Shown here piece after piece: positions 8,380 to 18,247 of a stretch of DNA of 64,000 nt. The notes beneath the pieces were generated by a model. That model was given only the letters and a program-made list of their open reading frames with translations, did no database searches and was not told the DNA's origin. Source of the stretch: an uncultured Chitinophagaceae bacterium (GTDB taxonomy: Bacteria; Bacteroidota; Bacteroidia; Cytophagales; Cytophagaceae); the NCBI GenBank assembly GCA_964437245.1, contig CAYTGJ010000002.1, positions 42-64,041 on the forward strand, in the 5' to 3' direction. How positions within the stretch are numbered: position 1 is the first letter of the stretch; every line of letters starts with the position of its first letter. Position numbers and translations under genes: made by a program.

Positions 8380-10056
8380 TTATTTCCCAAGAAGAATCTT
8401 GTTATACTCTGCAGGATTGTTCAATATCTTTAAAGCTGCCTGGATGTCTTCATCGTCATCGAAAGACGCTTCAATAATTCCTTTCTGAAGATAATACCTG
8501 GAAATGATCTCTCCTTCCATAATCTCCTTTAATTCTTCTTTAAACGTGATCAGGTCCTTTTCTTTGTTATGGCTGACCTGCTTCCGTAAATTTTCGATCT
8601 GATCTTTGATCCCATCATAGTACTTTTCAGTTTTGGAAATCTTCACCAGGTCATCAAGCGTTCCTTCTACCTTGGTCGTATAATCGTAATCCTTACCTTC
8701 CAGCCATTTTACAAATTCGTTGTATTCTTCATCGGTAAACTGATACTCCTTGGCAGACTTGATCGTTTTATGAGCTGCAACATATTGGGTAGCATAATCA
8801 AAAATAAGATTTTTGCTATACAGGCTACCGATAATCGGGGCAAAGGTTTTACGTTCCACGGTTATATCCGGAGTGATCCCCCCACCATCGTATACCACCC
8901 GGTTATTTTTGGTCTTAAAAGCAGTCCGCAAAGAATCAGGAATCTTACCGGCACTCCCGTCTTCGTTGCGGTGAGTATAGTCGATCGCCTGAATGCATCT
9001 TCCGCTTGGGGTATAATATTTAGCGGTCGTAATCTTCAGCTGGGAATTATACGAAAGCGGACGAGTGGCCTGTACCAACCCTTTTCCGTAAGAACGCTGT
9101 CCGACAATCACCCCTCTATCATAATCCTGAATGACGCCGGATACGATCTCCGATGCGGAAGCACTTTTGCTACTGGTCAGCACCACAATCGGGATCTCCA
9201 CATCCACAGGACTACTGGTTGCATAATACACTTTATTCCATTCAGATGTTTTCCCCTTGGTACTTACAATTTGTTTGTCTTTGGGAATAAAAATATTTGA
9301 AATATTGATCGCTTCGTTGAGTAATCCTCCAGGATTATCCCGGAGATCGAAGATGATCTTTTTAGCACCTTTCGATTTCAGATCAGTCAGGGCATTTTTC
9401 ACATCTTTGGATGCGTTGTTAGTAAACTCAGACAGTTTTATATATCCTGTCTGGTCGTTGACCATTCCGTAGTAGGGAACGTTTTCGATCTTAATTTTTT
9501 CCCTGGTGAGGATGACATCAAATTTTTCTGCTACGCCATATCTTTTCACGGTGATCTTTACCTGTGTTCCAGCTTGTCCTTTCAGCAGTTTGCTGATCTC
9601 CGAAGTATTTTTCCCTTTGGTTTCAATCCCATCCACGGCTAAAATTTCATCCCCGATCATCAGGCCTCCTTTGTGTGCCGGAAACCCTTCATAGGGCATC
9701 AGGATCATAGCATGCTCCTTACGGTTTCCGATGATTGCTCCAATTCCTCCGTATTGCCCGGTCATATGTGTGCGGTAATCTTCGATCTCATCTTCGGGAA
9801 TATAATTCGTATACGGGTCCAGGCTTTCCAGCATGGCATCAATCCCGTCTTTCATAAATTTATTAGGATTGACCTCGTCTACATAGTAGGCATTGACCTC
9901 TTTAAAAAGCGAAGCGAAGATATCAAGGTTTTTAGCGATCTCGAAATACTTGTCGGATTGTTTGAACGACACAAGTCCCATTGCCGAAATGACAAACAGA
10001 GACCCCAGAATAAATAATTTATATCTTTTCATAAATAAAGAATACACAGGATTCAA
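8380..10056 (-). CDS. ctp: S41-family C-terminal processing peptidase
   Basis: PDZ segment (GDEILAVDG), DNPGGLL and SSKSASASEIVSG motifs. A more likely start, MKRYKLF, is at 10032. Confidence 0.85.
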   Translation of the reverse strand: MNPVYSLFMKRYKLFILGSLFVISAMGLVSFKQSDKYFEIAKNLDIFASLFKEVNAYYVDEVNPNKFMKDGIDAMLESLDPYTNYIPEDEIEDYRTHMTGQYGGIGAIIGNRKEHAMILMPYEGFPAHKGGLMIGDEILAVDGIETKGKNTSEISKLLKGQAGTQVKITVKRYGVAEKFDVILTREKIKIENVPYYGMVNDQTGYIKLSEFTNNASKDVKNALTDLKSKGAKKIIFDLRDNPGGLLNEAINISNIFIPKDKQIVSTKGKTSEWNKVYYATSSPVDVEIPIVVLTSSKSASASEIVSGVIQDYDRGVIVGQRSYGKGLVQATRPLSYNSQLKITTAKYYTPSGRCIQAIDYTHRNEDGSAGKIPDSLRTAFKTKNNRVVYDGGGITPDITVERKTFAPIIGSLYSKNLIFDYATQYVAAHKTIKSAKEYQFTDEEYNEFVKWLEGKDYDYTTKVEGTLDDLVKISKTEKYYDGIKDQIENLRKQVSHNKEKDLITFKEELKEIMEGEIISRYYLQKGIIEASFDDDEDIQAALKILNNPAEYNKILLGK

Positions 10057-10085
10057 GTAACAAAACGTCTATGAGTAATGCCTTA

Positions 10086-10484
10086 TTACTGGCTATTATC
10101 TTTTAAACGTTCTAACGCTAAATTTAGTTTTTTTTCCAGTATTTTATAAGGGATTTTTTCTTTTGCCATATAAATAAACCCCAACAGATAGGGATTAGGG
10201 CTTCCGGCGGGGAAATAACGATCCCGGTTCAGACGATAAATTTCACGCATTTGCCGTTTTATACGGTTACGGTCTACGGCTTTTTTAAAATTCTTTTTGG
10301 AAACGGTAAAAAGGGCGAGTGGATTTTGCCTGTCCGACTCTTCTACCAGGTACACCAGTCTGACAGGATTAGCAGATATCCCTTTCCCTCTTGCAAACAA
10401 CCGGTCGATGAGTTTTTTACTTTTCAGTTTTTCATCTTTTGAAAAGGTATATCGTGGGAAAGGTTTTTCCTTGTCAGCACTCAT
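10086..10484 (-). CDS. rnpA: ribonuclease P protein component
   Basis: 132-aa basic protein with a RNRIKRQMRE-type motif, located downstream of rpmH. Confidence 0.85.
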   Translation of the reverse strand: MSADKEKPFPRYTFSKDEKLKSKKLIDRLFARGKGISANPVRLVYLVEESDRQNPLALFTVSKKNFKKAVDRNRIKRQMREIYRLNRDRYFPAGSPNPYLLGFIYMAKEKIPYKILEKKLNLALERLKDNSQ

Positions 10485-10567
10485 GAGTCCAATATTTTTA
10501 TATCAAGTTAGAAAATATCACCATAGATTTACCTGAGAATTCCCTCAAAATCTGCACAGACGGCCAT

Positions 10568-10606
10568 AAAAAAACAGAAGAACAATAATTACTATTGCTC
10601 TTCTGC
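10568..10606 (-). terminator. hairpin plus T-run between rpmH and rnpA (attenuator or terminator)
   Basis: Minus strand reads CAGAAGAGCAATA-gtaat-TATTGTTCTTCTG followed by TTTTTTT. Confidence 0.5.
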
Positions 10607-10633
10607 CTAAAACTTTAACTTATTTAGAGGATA

Positions 10634-10789
10634 CTATTTTTTAGCGATGGAATCAGAAACGGTAAGTTGTTTTCTACCTCTTCTTCTTCTGGCAGTAATT
10701 ACTCTTCTGCCGTTAGGAGTTGACATTCTTTCTCTGAAACCGTGTTTATTTCTTCTTTTTTTGTTAGAAGGTTGAAATGTCCTTTTCAT
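10634..10789 (-). CDS. rpmH: 50S ribosomal protein L34
   Basis: Hand translation gives [51 protein letters not shown] (51 aa). That is below the ORF-track cutoff. Canonical L34 sequence in the canonical rpmH-rnpA order. Confidence 0.9.
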   Translation of the reverse strand: MKRTFQPSNKKRRNKHGFRERMSTPNGRRVITARRRRGRKQLTVSDSIAKK

Positions 10790-10887
10790 TGCCGTATTCT
10801 TTTAATAATTTTTCTACTTAAATTCTTCTGTAAAAAAGACTTTCTCTAGACCAAATGAGATAAAGACTTTTATTATCAACAGGGCTG

Positions 10888-10895
10888 CAAATATA
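10888..10895 (-). promoter_or_regulatory. candidate -7 box TATATTTG for rpmH
   Basis: CAAATATA on plus equals TAnnTTTG on minus, about 95 nt upstream of the rpmH ATG. Confidence 0.35.
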
Positions 10896-11250
10896 GAAAA
10901 CCTTTTGTAAAACACCAAAATTATCTTTTAAATTAATAATTACATCTTGTTTTACAGCCAATTACAAGATAATATGTTCGGCTTTTTATTGTAAGAACCC
11001 AGATTCCTTTCATTTCCCTGTTTTTACGATTTTATAGCATTTGTTTTTCGGTGCCGAAAATTTATAGTATTCTGTTACAATAGTGATACACCGGGATTAG
11101 CCAGCATACTTTTTCCTTAAAAATAGATCGTCTGTTTCTCTTTAGTTGAGAAATCTGAGAAGCTACTATAAATTAGTTTCTCTATTTCTAAAATACCTTC
11201 TTCACATGTATATTGTCGTTTCATAGTAGGCTACTAACAGTGTATCAGTC

Positions 11251-12978
11251 ATGAACTACCATATTTCTTATCAGAACCCTTTACAACACCTTGTTGATAT
11301 TGAGCTTACAATAAATGACATCCCCGCAGGGCCAATCATACTGCAGCTTCCGGCCTGGAGACCCGGCCGATATGAGCTTCAAAACTATGCTGCTAACCTA
11401 AAACAATTTTGTGCCTTTGATCAGGACGGCAAGGTACTCCCTTCCGTAAAAATAACCCGCAACCAATGGAAAGTCACTAATCCGGACGATTCCGTTACCA
11501 CCCTGAAGGTCCGGTATCAATATTATGCGTACCAGATGGATGCCGGGGGCTGCTGGCTGGACGAAGAGCAGTTGTATCTTAATTTCATCTGTTGTCTCCT
11601 GTATGAACCATCCCGAATCGGGAAAGCATGTACGGTATCCCTGACCCTTCCGGCCACTTATCAGATTGCCTGCGGACTTCCCAAGGACCAGCATATTTTA
11701 AAAGCTGAAAATTTCTACCATCTGGCCGACAGTCCTATGATGGCCAGTACTTCGCTTACTCATTTCATGTTTACCTGTATGGACATACCCTTTCATATAT
11801 GGATCCAGGGGACTTATCTTCTCCCGGAAGAGAAGATAATGGAAGACTTCCGGAAATATACTGAATCGCAGATCAGGATGATGGGCGATTTCCCGGAGCA
11901 GGAGTATCATTATCTGTTCCAGTTTCTCCCTTACCGTCACTATCATGGGGTGGAACACCGGAACTCTACTGTGATCACGTTAGGTCCTGCGGAAAGCATA
12001 CAGGAAAGGGGCTACAGTGATCTTCTGGGAATCAGTTCACACGAATTATTCCATGCCTGGAATATTGTCAAAATAAGGCCTGCCGAAATGCTGCCCTATG
12101 ATTTTACAAAAGAAAATTATTTTTCTACCGGTTTTGTAGCAGAAGGTTTCACCACCTACTACGGGGATCTCTTCCTCGTTCGTTCCGGCGTGATTTCCGT
12201 GACCGACTATTTTGCCGAGCTTACGACCACTCTCAAAAGACATTTTGATAATTTTGGCAACTACCATTTATCCCTGGCCGAATCCTCACAAGATCTTTGG
12301 GTAGACGGATATGTAGCCGGTATACCCGACCGAAAGGTTTCTATTTATGTCAAAGGTTGTCTTGTAGCACTGCTCCTTGATCTTGAACTGCGCAGTAAGA
12401 CCAATCACGAAAAATCGCTGGACGATCTTATGCGCATCTTATGGAATGACTTTGGCAAAAAAGAAATCGGATATACAATGGAAGATATCCTCCGGCAATC
12501 AGAACATATAGCGAGGACCTCTCTGCAGGATTTCTTTGACGAGTGTATTTTCGGGCGCACTGACCTGAAAGAAAGACTTTCTATAATGTTATCCTCCGTT
12601 GGATGCCTTTTAGCAGAACAACCTTCGGAAGAACTCTCGGAAAAGTTATTTGGCTTCAGGACGCTTATCAACAATGGGAGGACGCTCATAACGGCAATTG
12701 CTCCCGGATCTCCGGCAGAAAAATCACTCAGTAAAGACGATGAGATCTTAGAAATCAACGGGCAACCACCTGCCGGTCCGCTCAACGAATTTCTCGGCAA
12801 GCATCCCTCTCTTACTCTGACCATTAAAAGATGGGGGGAAATCCTTCAGGTAAAAATTGTACCTGCTTCTACCGGTTTTTATTACAACCAATACACGCTG
12901 ACCATTTCTCCTGAAATAACAGCAGAACAACAACAAAGATTGGATCAGTGGCTCTATACTAAAAAAAGACAGGGGTGA
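11251..12978 (+). CDS. M61-family metallopeptidase with C-terminal PDZ domain
   Basis: HELFHAWN zinc motif and a C-terminal PDZ-like segment (GSPAEKSLSKDDEILEING). Confidence 0.85.
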   Translation: MNYHISYQNPLQHLVDIELTINDIPAGPIILQLPAWRPGRYELQNYAANLKQFCAFDQDGKVLPSVKITRNQWKVTNPDDSVTTLKVRYQYYAYQMDAGGCWLDEEQLYLNFICCLLYEPSRIGKACTVSLTLPATYQIACGLPKDQHILKAENFYHLADSPMMASTSLTHFMFTCMDIPFHIWIQGTYLLPEEKIMEDFRKYTESQIRMMGDFPEQEYHYLFQFLPYRHYHGVEHRNSTVITLGPAESIQERGYSDLLGISSHELFHAWNIVKIRPAEMLPYDFTKENYFSTGFVAEGFTTYYGDLFLVRSGVISVTDYFAELTTTLKRHFDNFGNYHLSLAESSQDLWVDGYVAGIPDRKVSIYVKGCLVALLLDLELRSKTNHEKSLDDLMRILWNDFGKKEIGYTMEDILRQSEHIARTSLQDFFDECIFGRTDLKERLSIMLSSVGCLLAEQPSEELSEKLFGFRTLINNGRTLITAIAPGSPAEKSLSKDDEILEINGQPPAGPLNEFLGKHPSLTLTIKRWGEILQVKIVPASTGFYYNQYTLTISPEITAEQQQRLDQWLYTKKRQG

Positions 12979-12997
12979 AAATTTTCACTCCTGTCTT
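12967..12997. terminator. bidirectional hairpin between convergent M61 peptidase and MFS transporter genes
   Basis: AAGACAGGGGTGAAA / TTTCACTCCTGTCTT (one G-U pair), flanked by an A-run and a T-run. It overlaps the M61 stop codon. Confidence 0.55.
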
Positions 12998-13022
12998 CAT
13001 ATTTTTGGGAGTAAACTACCGA

Positions 13023-14447
13023 TTATTCTGCTATAGAATTCATCATTTTCCCATTTTTAGAAGATTTTACGGTGTCATTAAACGACTCCGGATCATTTTC
13101 ATTTATGTTTTTAGTTTTTTTTTCAAGGTAATCCGTTTTATACCCTTTCACAGCAAAAAACAGGATATAAGCGTAGCATAAGAAGCAAACGATAAAGCTC
13201 AATTTATAACCGATGCTATCAGCCAGTATTCCCTGGAAAAGCGGGATAAACGCTCCTCCCGCAACCATCGTAACCATTAAGCCTGATCCATTGCTGGTAG
13301 CAGTCCCCAACTTATTGATCCCTAGCGGGAAAATGCAAGGCCACATTACAGAATTAAAAAGGCCTACCAGAACCAGAAGAAAAGCTGACACAGGTATGTT
13401 TATTAGTGGGAAGTCGAAAGAAACTCCATTCTCTGTTTGCATGACCATCACAGGCACGTTCATTTTCATTTCTGAAAATATGCCCAGCATACTACACGCT
13501 ACAAGAACAAGCGCCACTACAGTGACCGTTCTCAGCAAGATCTCGGATTTGATTTTCTGCCCCAGAGCACTACCGGCCAACCGGCCAATCATGGCACTTC
13601 CCCAATAATAAGCTACCAGACTGGATGCCGAACGCTCACTTATTCCAAAATCGTTTTTCAGATATAAAATCAGCAAACTACCGATCGCTACTTCTGCACC
13701 AACGTAGAAGAATATTGCGCCAGATCCATATAATAAATGTTTGAATTTGAAGATACTTTCCGTTTCACCGGTTTCTTCTTCCTGTGAGGCAATTTTAGGC
13801 AAATTCACAAAATAGAGAACCGCAGCGATCGTCAAGGTCAGCAAGGCCAGCAAGATGTAAGGCCCTCTTACGGCTTCCGCTTGCGCCACAGAATCAGTGA
13901 TCCCCTCCACTAAAATAAAAGCTGCTCCTATGATTGGTCCTATGAAGGTTGCAAAAGAATTCAAGGCCCCTCCCAGGTTCATCCTGCTTGAGGCAGTGTC
14001 CGGTGACCCAAGAGCTGCGATATAAGGATTAATTGCCACCTGGAGAATCGCCAATCCTACGGCTACTACAAACAGGGCAAACAGGAAAAAGGCATAAGAA
14101 ATAACAATGGAAGCAGGGACAAACAACAAAAGTCCTATTCCCATAATAGAAAGAGCAAGCGCCAGTCCTTTTTTATAACCGATCTTTTTAATAATAATTC
14201 CGGCAGGAATAGACATCACTCCATAGGCTATGAAGAAACAGAATTGAATGAGCATTATTTTCCAGGTTTCAGTAGGACCAAACTCGAAAAGCCCCTTCAA
14301 ACTAGGGATCAATACATCATTCATTACTGTGATAAACCCTATCATAAAATACAGGGAGATCATCAGTACCAAGGGTGCTGTATAATTCGTTTTAGGATCG
14401 TAACTGCTTCCTCCTGTTCTAGTTGCTCCTCCTCCTATTGATGCCAT
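13023..14447 (-). CDS. sugar MFS transporter (FucP/glucose-galactose type; GlcNAc suspected from context)
   Basis: 474-aa protein with about 12 TM helices and an FucP-like N-terminus. Co-oriented directly downstream of the GH20 hexosaminidase. Confidence 0.75.
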   Translation of the reverse strand: MASIGGGATRTGGSSYDPKTNYTAPLVLMISLYFMIGFITVMNDVLIPSLKGLFEFGPTETWKIMLIQFCFFIAYGVMSIPAGIIIKKIGYKKGLALALSIMGIGLLLFVPASIVISYAFFLFALFVVAVGLAILQVAINPYIAALGSPDTASSRMNLGGALNSFATFIGPIIGAAFILVEGITDSVAQAEAVRGPYILLALLTLTIAAVLYFVNLPKIASQEEETGETESIFKFKHLLYGSGAIFFYVGAEVAIGSLLILYLKNDFGISERSASSLVAYYWGSAMIGRLAGSALGQKIKSEILLRTVTVVALVLVACSMLGIFSEMKMNVPVMVMQTENGVSFDFPLINIPVSAFLLVLVGLFNSVMWPCIFPLGINKLGTATSNGSGLMVTMVAGGAFIPLFQGILADSIGYKLSFIVCFLCYAYILFFAVKGYKTDYLEKKTKNINENDPESFNDTVKSSKNGKMMNSIAE

Positions 14448-14507
14448 ATTCTAATTGTATTTAATTTATCTACGTATTATGATATTACACTCTCTATGCT
14501 TTTTCTC

Positions 14508-16733
14508 TTAATGTTCCGCAGCAGCCTCTTCTGCCTTTTTCTTTTCTTCTGCTGCTATTCTTTCAGCTTCCTTCCTTTTTTCTGCCAACTCCCTGTTCGT
14601 CATATCCACAAGGGTCTGCACTGCATCCAGAATTGTAATTTCACAACGTCCGTCCTTAAAAGTTTTATCACTTTCCGATTTTGCGATACTGCTATCTTTC
14701 ACGGCCTGGATTAAAGCTGTTTTTTCTTTATACCAGCTCTCCGAAGAAGATGATTTCGCCACCGCTTCCAGTCCTACTACCGATATGGTAGACAGTTCGG
14801 CAGAAATACTTTCCAATTGTTTCAATACAGGAGAGTTATTCATCACCTTCAAAAATTCTGTATGGTTGTCTCTCCAAAGGGTAAGCCACTTTTTAATTTC
14901 TTCCAGGCTTTCTCTTGATGGCTTTTCCTCATAATGCTTGACCAGTGTCCGGAACAACCGGGCAGAACGTGCATCTGCCGAAGTCGCATCCGCCATTAAG
15001 GTAAAAGGAGAATACGATTTGTACATGAGTCCTCCATTATTCCGGCGATACACTTTGTACGGTTCGATAACCTCTGATAATACTTTCAATGCTGTTATGT
15101 CACCTCCGTTGGCAATATTACGAAGAATAACATCTTTGTTTTTAAGATGGGTTAGTCCCAGTTCCTCTAAACGGAAGCTTACCACTTCCAGCCGCCGGTA
15201 CATATCCTCTTCATCTTTTACACTGCCCGGAGACCACAGTCTTTCCGCAATTGCGGCTGTACGAGGCCAGATTCTTGAATCAACGGTAAAAGGAGTTACA
15301 AGTTCTGCCCACATAGTGGCTTCACCTCCTAGAATTAGTTTTTCCTGCTCTGGTGTAAGCTTGTATTTTTTCTCCTGTTCAGACCATTCTTCAAAAGGAG
15401 GTAATGGGTCTGCTTTATAATGTTCAGAAGCCGGCAACATAAGATCTATGTAATATCCGTTGGACAACAAGGTCTGGTATCCTTTAGAAGCCGCCCGGTA
15501 TAAGGATTCTTTTCCCAGCCAGGAATGAATAATAGCATCTTTGGTAAGATCATCGGTAAGAATTTCTTCCCAACCCATCATGATCTTATTAAGCCTTTTG
15601 ACTGTCTTGATCAACCGGTTATTAAAATAAGTTTGCAGATCGAGGGTGGTTTTCATCCCTCTTTGCTGCATAAAGGCCTGAATTTTAGCATTGGACTTCC
15701 AATCATTTCCGTTGTTTTCATCGCCCCCGATATGAATATAAGGATCCGGGAAAAGAGTGGTCATTTCCGCAAACAGCTTATCCAGGAAAACATAAGTTTG
15801 TTCATTAGTAGGATCCAGCACAGGATCAAAAATCCCTGCATTTCGTTCGATCTCATAAGGCCCCGGAGCACTTCCCAGCTCGGGATAAGCCACAAGGATC
15901 GCGGTAGCATGGCCAGGGACATCAAACTCAGGCATGACCCTGATCCCACGGTCAGCAGCGTACTGAACGATCTCTTTTATTTGTTCATGCGTATAATACT
16001 GTCCGTCAGAAGCCAGTTGATGCAGTTTAGGGAACGTTTTACTTTCCACTCTCCATCCCTGGTTGTCACACAAATGAAAATGCAGGACATTCATTTTGAC
16101 TGCCGCCATGGCATCCAGGTTTCTCTTTAATACATCTACCGGCTGAAAATGACGGGAAGCATCGATCATCAAACCTCTCCAGGGGAAACGTGGCTGATCT
16201 TTGATTTCTACAGAAGGGAAATAATAACCATCCACATCTGATTCCAGCAACTGTAAGAGCGTTTCAAGTCCTCTCATCGCTCCGATATCGGTCACTGCCT
16301 CCAGAGTTATTTTCTCGGGTGTCACCAGAAGCGAATAAGACTCGTCCTCATACAACGCTACTTTCCCTGTCCGCTGAGCAGTAATCTGAAGCAGAGGCTT
16401 TTCCACTTTTTGACTAATCTCTTTTGAAATTACTCCCTGAGGGAAAAACAATCCCGTTCTACCATCAAGTCTCCGCAGAAAGCGGTTAGCGGCATCGTAT
16501 AATCTACGGTCTGCCTCATTATTTATATTTAATGTAAATTCTTTCGTAAGCCTGAAAACACCGGAGTTAATTTTCAGCGATGCCGGTACGGGCATCAGGT
16601 TAAGAGTCGGATAATTTTTTTTGTCCTGAGAGTTGACTTCGTTTGATTCATTTGATGCCGGCTTATCAGGAGAGCAACCTGTAAAAAGTAGAGCCGATAC
16701 GAACAGAGGAATGATTCCGGATAGTAAACGCAT
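14508..16733 (-). CDS. GH20 beta-N-acetylhexosaminidase, lipoprotein-like
   Basis: Signal peptide with LFTGCS lipobox, catalytic HIGGDE motif and GH20 core HFHLCDNQGWR. Charged Ala/Glu/Lys C-terminal tail. Confidence 0.85.
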   Translation of the reverse strand: MRLLSGIIPLFVSALLFTGCSPDKPASNESNEVNSQDKKNYPTLNLMPVPASLKINSGVFRLTKEFTLNINNEADRRLYDAANRFLRRLDGRTGLFFPQGVISKEISQKVEKPLLQITAQRTGKVALYEDESYSLLVTPEKITLEAVTDIGAMRGLETLLQLLESDVDGYYFPSVEIKDQPRFPWRGLMIDASRHFQPVDVLKRNLDAMAAVKMNVLHFHLCDNQGWRVESKTFPKLHQLASDGQYYTHEQIKEIVQYAADRGIRVMPEFDVPGHATAILVAYPELGSAPGPYEIERNAGIFDPVLDPTNEQTYVFLDKLFAEMTTLFPDPYIHIGGDENNGNDWKSNAKIQAFMQQRGMKTTLDLQTYFNNRLIKTVKRLNKIMMGWEEILTDDLTKDAIIHSWLGKESLYRAASKGYQTLLSNGYYIDLMLPASEHYKADPLPPFEEWSEQEKKYKLTPEQEKLILGGEATMWAELVTPFTVDSRIWPRTAAIAERLWSPGSVKDEEDMYRRLEVVSFRLEELGLTHLKNKDVILRNIANGGDITALKVLSEVIEPYKVYRRNNGGLMYKSYSPFTLMADATSADARSARLFRTLVKHYEEKPSRESLEEIKKWLTLWRDNHTEFLKVMNNSPVLKQLESISAELSTISVVGLEAVAKSSSSESWYKEKTALIQAVKDSSIAKSESDKTFKDGRCEITILDAVQTLVDMTNRELAEKRKEAERIAAEEKKKAEEAAAEH

Positions 16734-16774
16734 ATAAAATATTTGAATTGTTAAATTTTATCTGTAAAATAGAT

Positions 16775-16808
16775 AAAAAAATCCGGGATTTTACCAACCC
16801 CGGATTTT
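16775..16808 (-). terminator. rho-independent terminator after the T9SS-sorted protein gene
   Basis: AAAATCCGGG-10nt-CCCGGATTTT, with a T-run on the minus strand. Confidence 0.55.
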
Positions 16809-16822
16809 ATAATAATTAGAAA

Positions 16823-17722
16823 TTATTCGATTACGATCTTCTTGTTAGATACCTGAGTTTCATTAGAAACCTGTACTACATAGATTCCTTTGTTGAAAGA
16901 AGAAGTATTGATCGCCTCAGTAGTACCTGAAACAGAACCTTCGTATACCACCATTCCGTTCGCATTCATAATTTTCACAGAAGCATTAGAAGCTCCCATC
17001 GAAGATAAATCCAGGTTGATCTGATCTTTTGCAGGATTTGGATAAACAGACAACAGGCTGTTGTTTACTTTTTGTGTACGTGCAGAAGTTACTTCCGGAG
17101 CGTCTCCGATGTGGATATAAGGGATTGATACATTGGCTTCAAGATCCCAATCATTATATGCATTTCTGATCATGAAACCTACTCCGTTGATCTGAGTACT
17201 ATCTAGAGGATTACCTGTTGTTGCAGACCATGACTTGAATACTATCTGAGCAGGATTATCTATTGTATAAATAGTAGTGTCAGCAGGCACGTTTGCCAGC
17301 ACAATAGGATCATGATCACTTGCAGCACCACTTACATCATAAAAAAGAACTATCAGTTGAGGAATCACAACATCTGAAACTACCTGAAGTGTAATCTTCT
17401 GATTTGCATTATCAGACAAGTCAATACTCACTCCGTCACAGTTTCCTTCATAAAAAGCTAGCTTTACTCCTCCTCCCTGTGTTCCATCAGTACTAATATC
17501 CAGCGAATGATTGGTTTCATCAATCGTCAGAGCATAACCTGTGGCAATAAAAGCCGGAACGTGGGTAGTATTACAGTTCTCCGCACCAGTTCCATTAAAC
17601 TCATATGCATATCCAAAACCGGAAGAAGTAGGCATATTACCAGATGTGATAGAGTTTGTCTGAGCAAATGCAATGGTACCAGACATCGCAGCCGCTACTA
17701 AAGAAAGTATTATTTTTTTCAT
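16823..17722 (-). CDS. secreted carbohydrate-binding-like protein with T9SS C-terminal sorting domain
   Basis: Signal peptide, beta-rich body and a C-terminal LSVYPNPAKDQINLDL...GIYVVQV type-A T9SS sorting signature. Confidence 0.75.
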   Translation of the reverse strand: MKKIILSLVAAAMSGTIAFAQTNSITSGNMPTSSGFGYAYEFNGTGAENCNTTHVPAFIATGYALTIDETNHSLDISTDGTQGGGVKLAFYEGNCDGVSIDLSDNANQKITLQVVSDVVIPQLIVLFYDVSGAASDHDPIVLANVPADTTIYTIDNPAQIVFKSWSATTGNPLDSTQINGVGFMIRNAYNDWDLEANVSIPYIHIGDAPEVTSARTQKVNNSLLSVYPNPAKDQINLDLSSMGASNASVKIMNANGMVVYEGSVSGTTEAINTSSFNKGIYVVQVSNETQVSNKKIVIE

Positions 17723-18065
17723 ACAACTATAAATTTAAAATTAAACAATATACTCTTCTAATTTTTAAAGTTTTACAGGAGAAAAGTAAAACTATTTTTT
17801 CCTGCTTATAGGAATGTACGTAAAACATGGGGACAGCGTAGTAAAAGGCAATAAAAAATCCTCAAAAAGTAACTAATACGCTATATTTTCAGGAATAGTT
17901 TATATCGCTTTAAAACACACAAAAAACTTATTAATTTTAGCTAATAGAAGCTTTTTTAATTCAAAATACCACTTTAATACCTCCTTAAAAAATTACTGCT
18001 TAGACAATATTATTTCTCGCTTCAAAAGCGCTATATGGTCTTTAAAACCAGAGGATTTTTTTAAA

Positions 18066-18190
18066 GCAGGATTCTGGATACCAGATCCAGGATGCAAGAT
18101 AAAAACATAGCTCCCTTAACACAACTAAATACATCTGTCAGAATCCGGGGAGCGTTTATCCGGAATTCTACCTCTCGTATCTTGCATCTC
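18066..18190. repeat. intergenic word-repeat element with perfect 11-bp inverted repeat
   Basis: GATGCAAGATA (18091-18101) and TATCTTGCATC (18178-18188), separated by 76 nt. Internal words GGATACCAGATCCAGG and AGAATCCGG/CCGGAATTCT are shared with the elements at 33985 and 40031. Confidence 0.45.
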
Positions 18191-18247
18191 ATTTTTGAAG
18201 AGCTTGGCTTCCCACAAAACTAACTTTATCAGGAACAGTCTTAAATC

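Noticed and set aside
8770-9300. 176-aa plus-strand ORF inside the S41 peptidase gene
   Set aside because: It is fully antisense to a gene with strong family motifs and has no motif of its own. The same reasoning applies to 9257-9472, 9506-9694 and 9673-10017.
12975-13181. 68-aa plus-strand ORF after the M61 peptidase gene
   Set aside because: It starts inside the bidirectional terminator and overlaps the 3' end of the MFS transporter gene on the opposite strand.
15525-16130. 201-aa plus-strand ORF inside the GH20 gene (also 14938-15420)
   Set aside because: It is antisense to a motif-supported glycosidase gene. Composition is typical of shadow ORFs.
18091-18188. The 11-bp inverted repeat as an invertible (phase-variable) promoter
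   Set aside because: The 76-nt segment between the repeats contains no TAnnTTTG box in either orientation and is much shorter than known Bacteroides invertible promoters. A REP-like structured element is the more economical reading.
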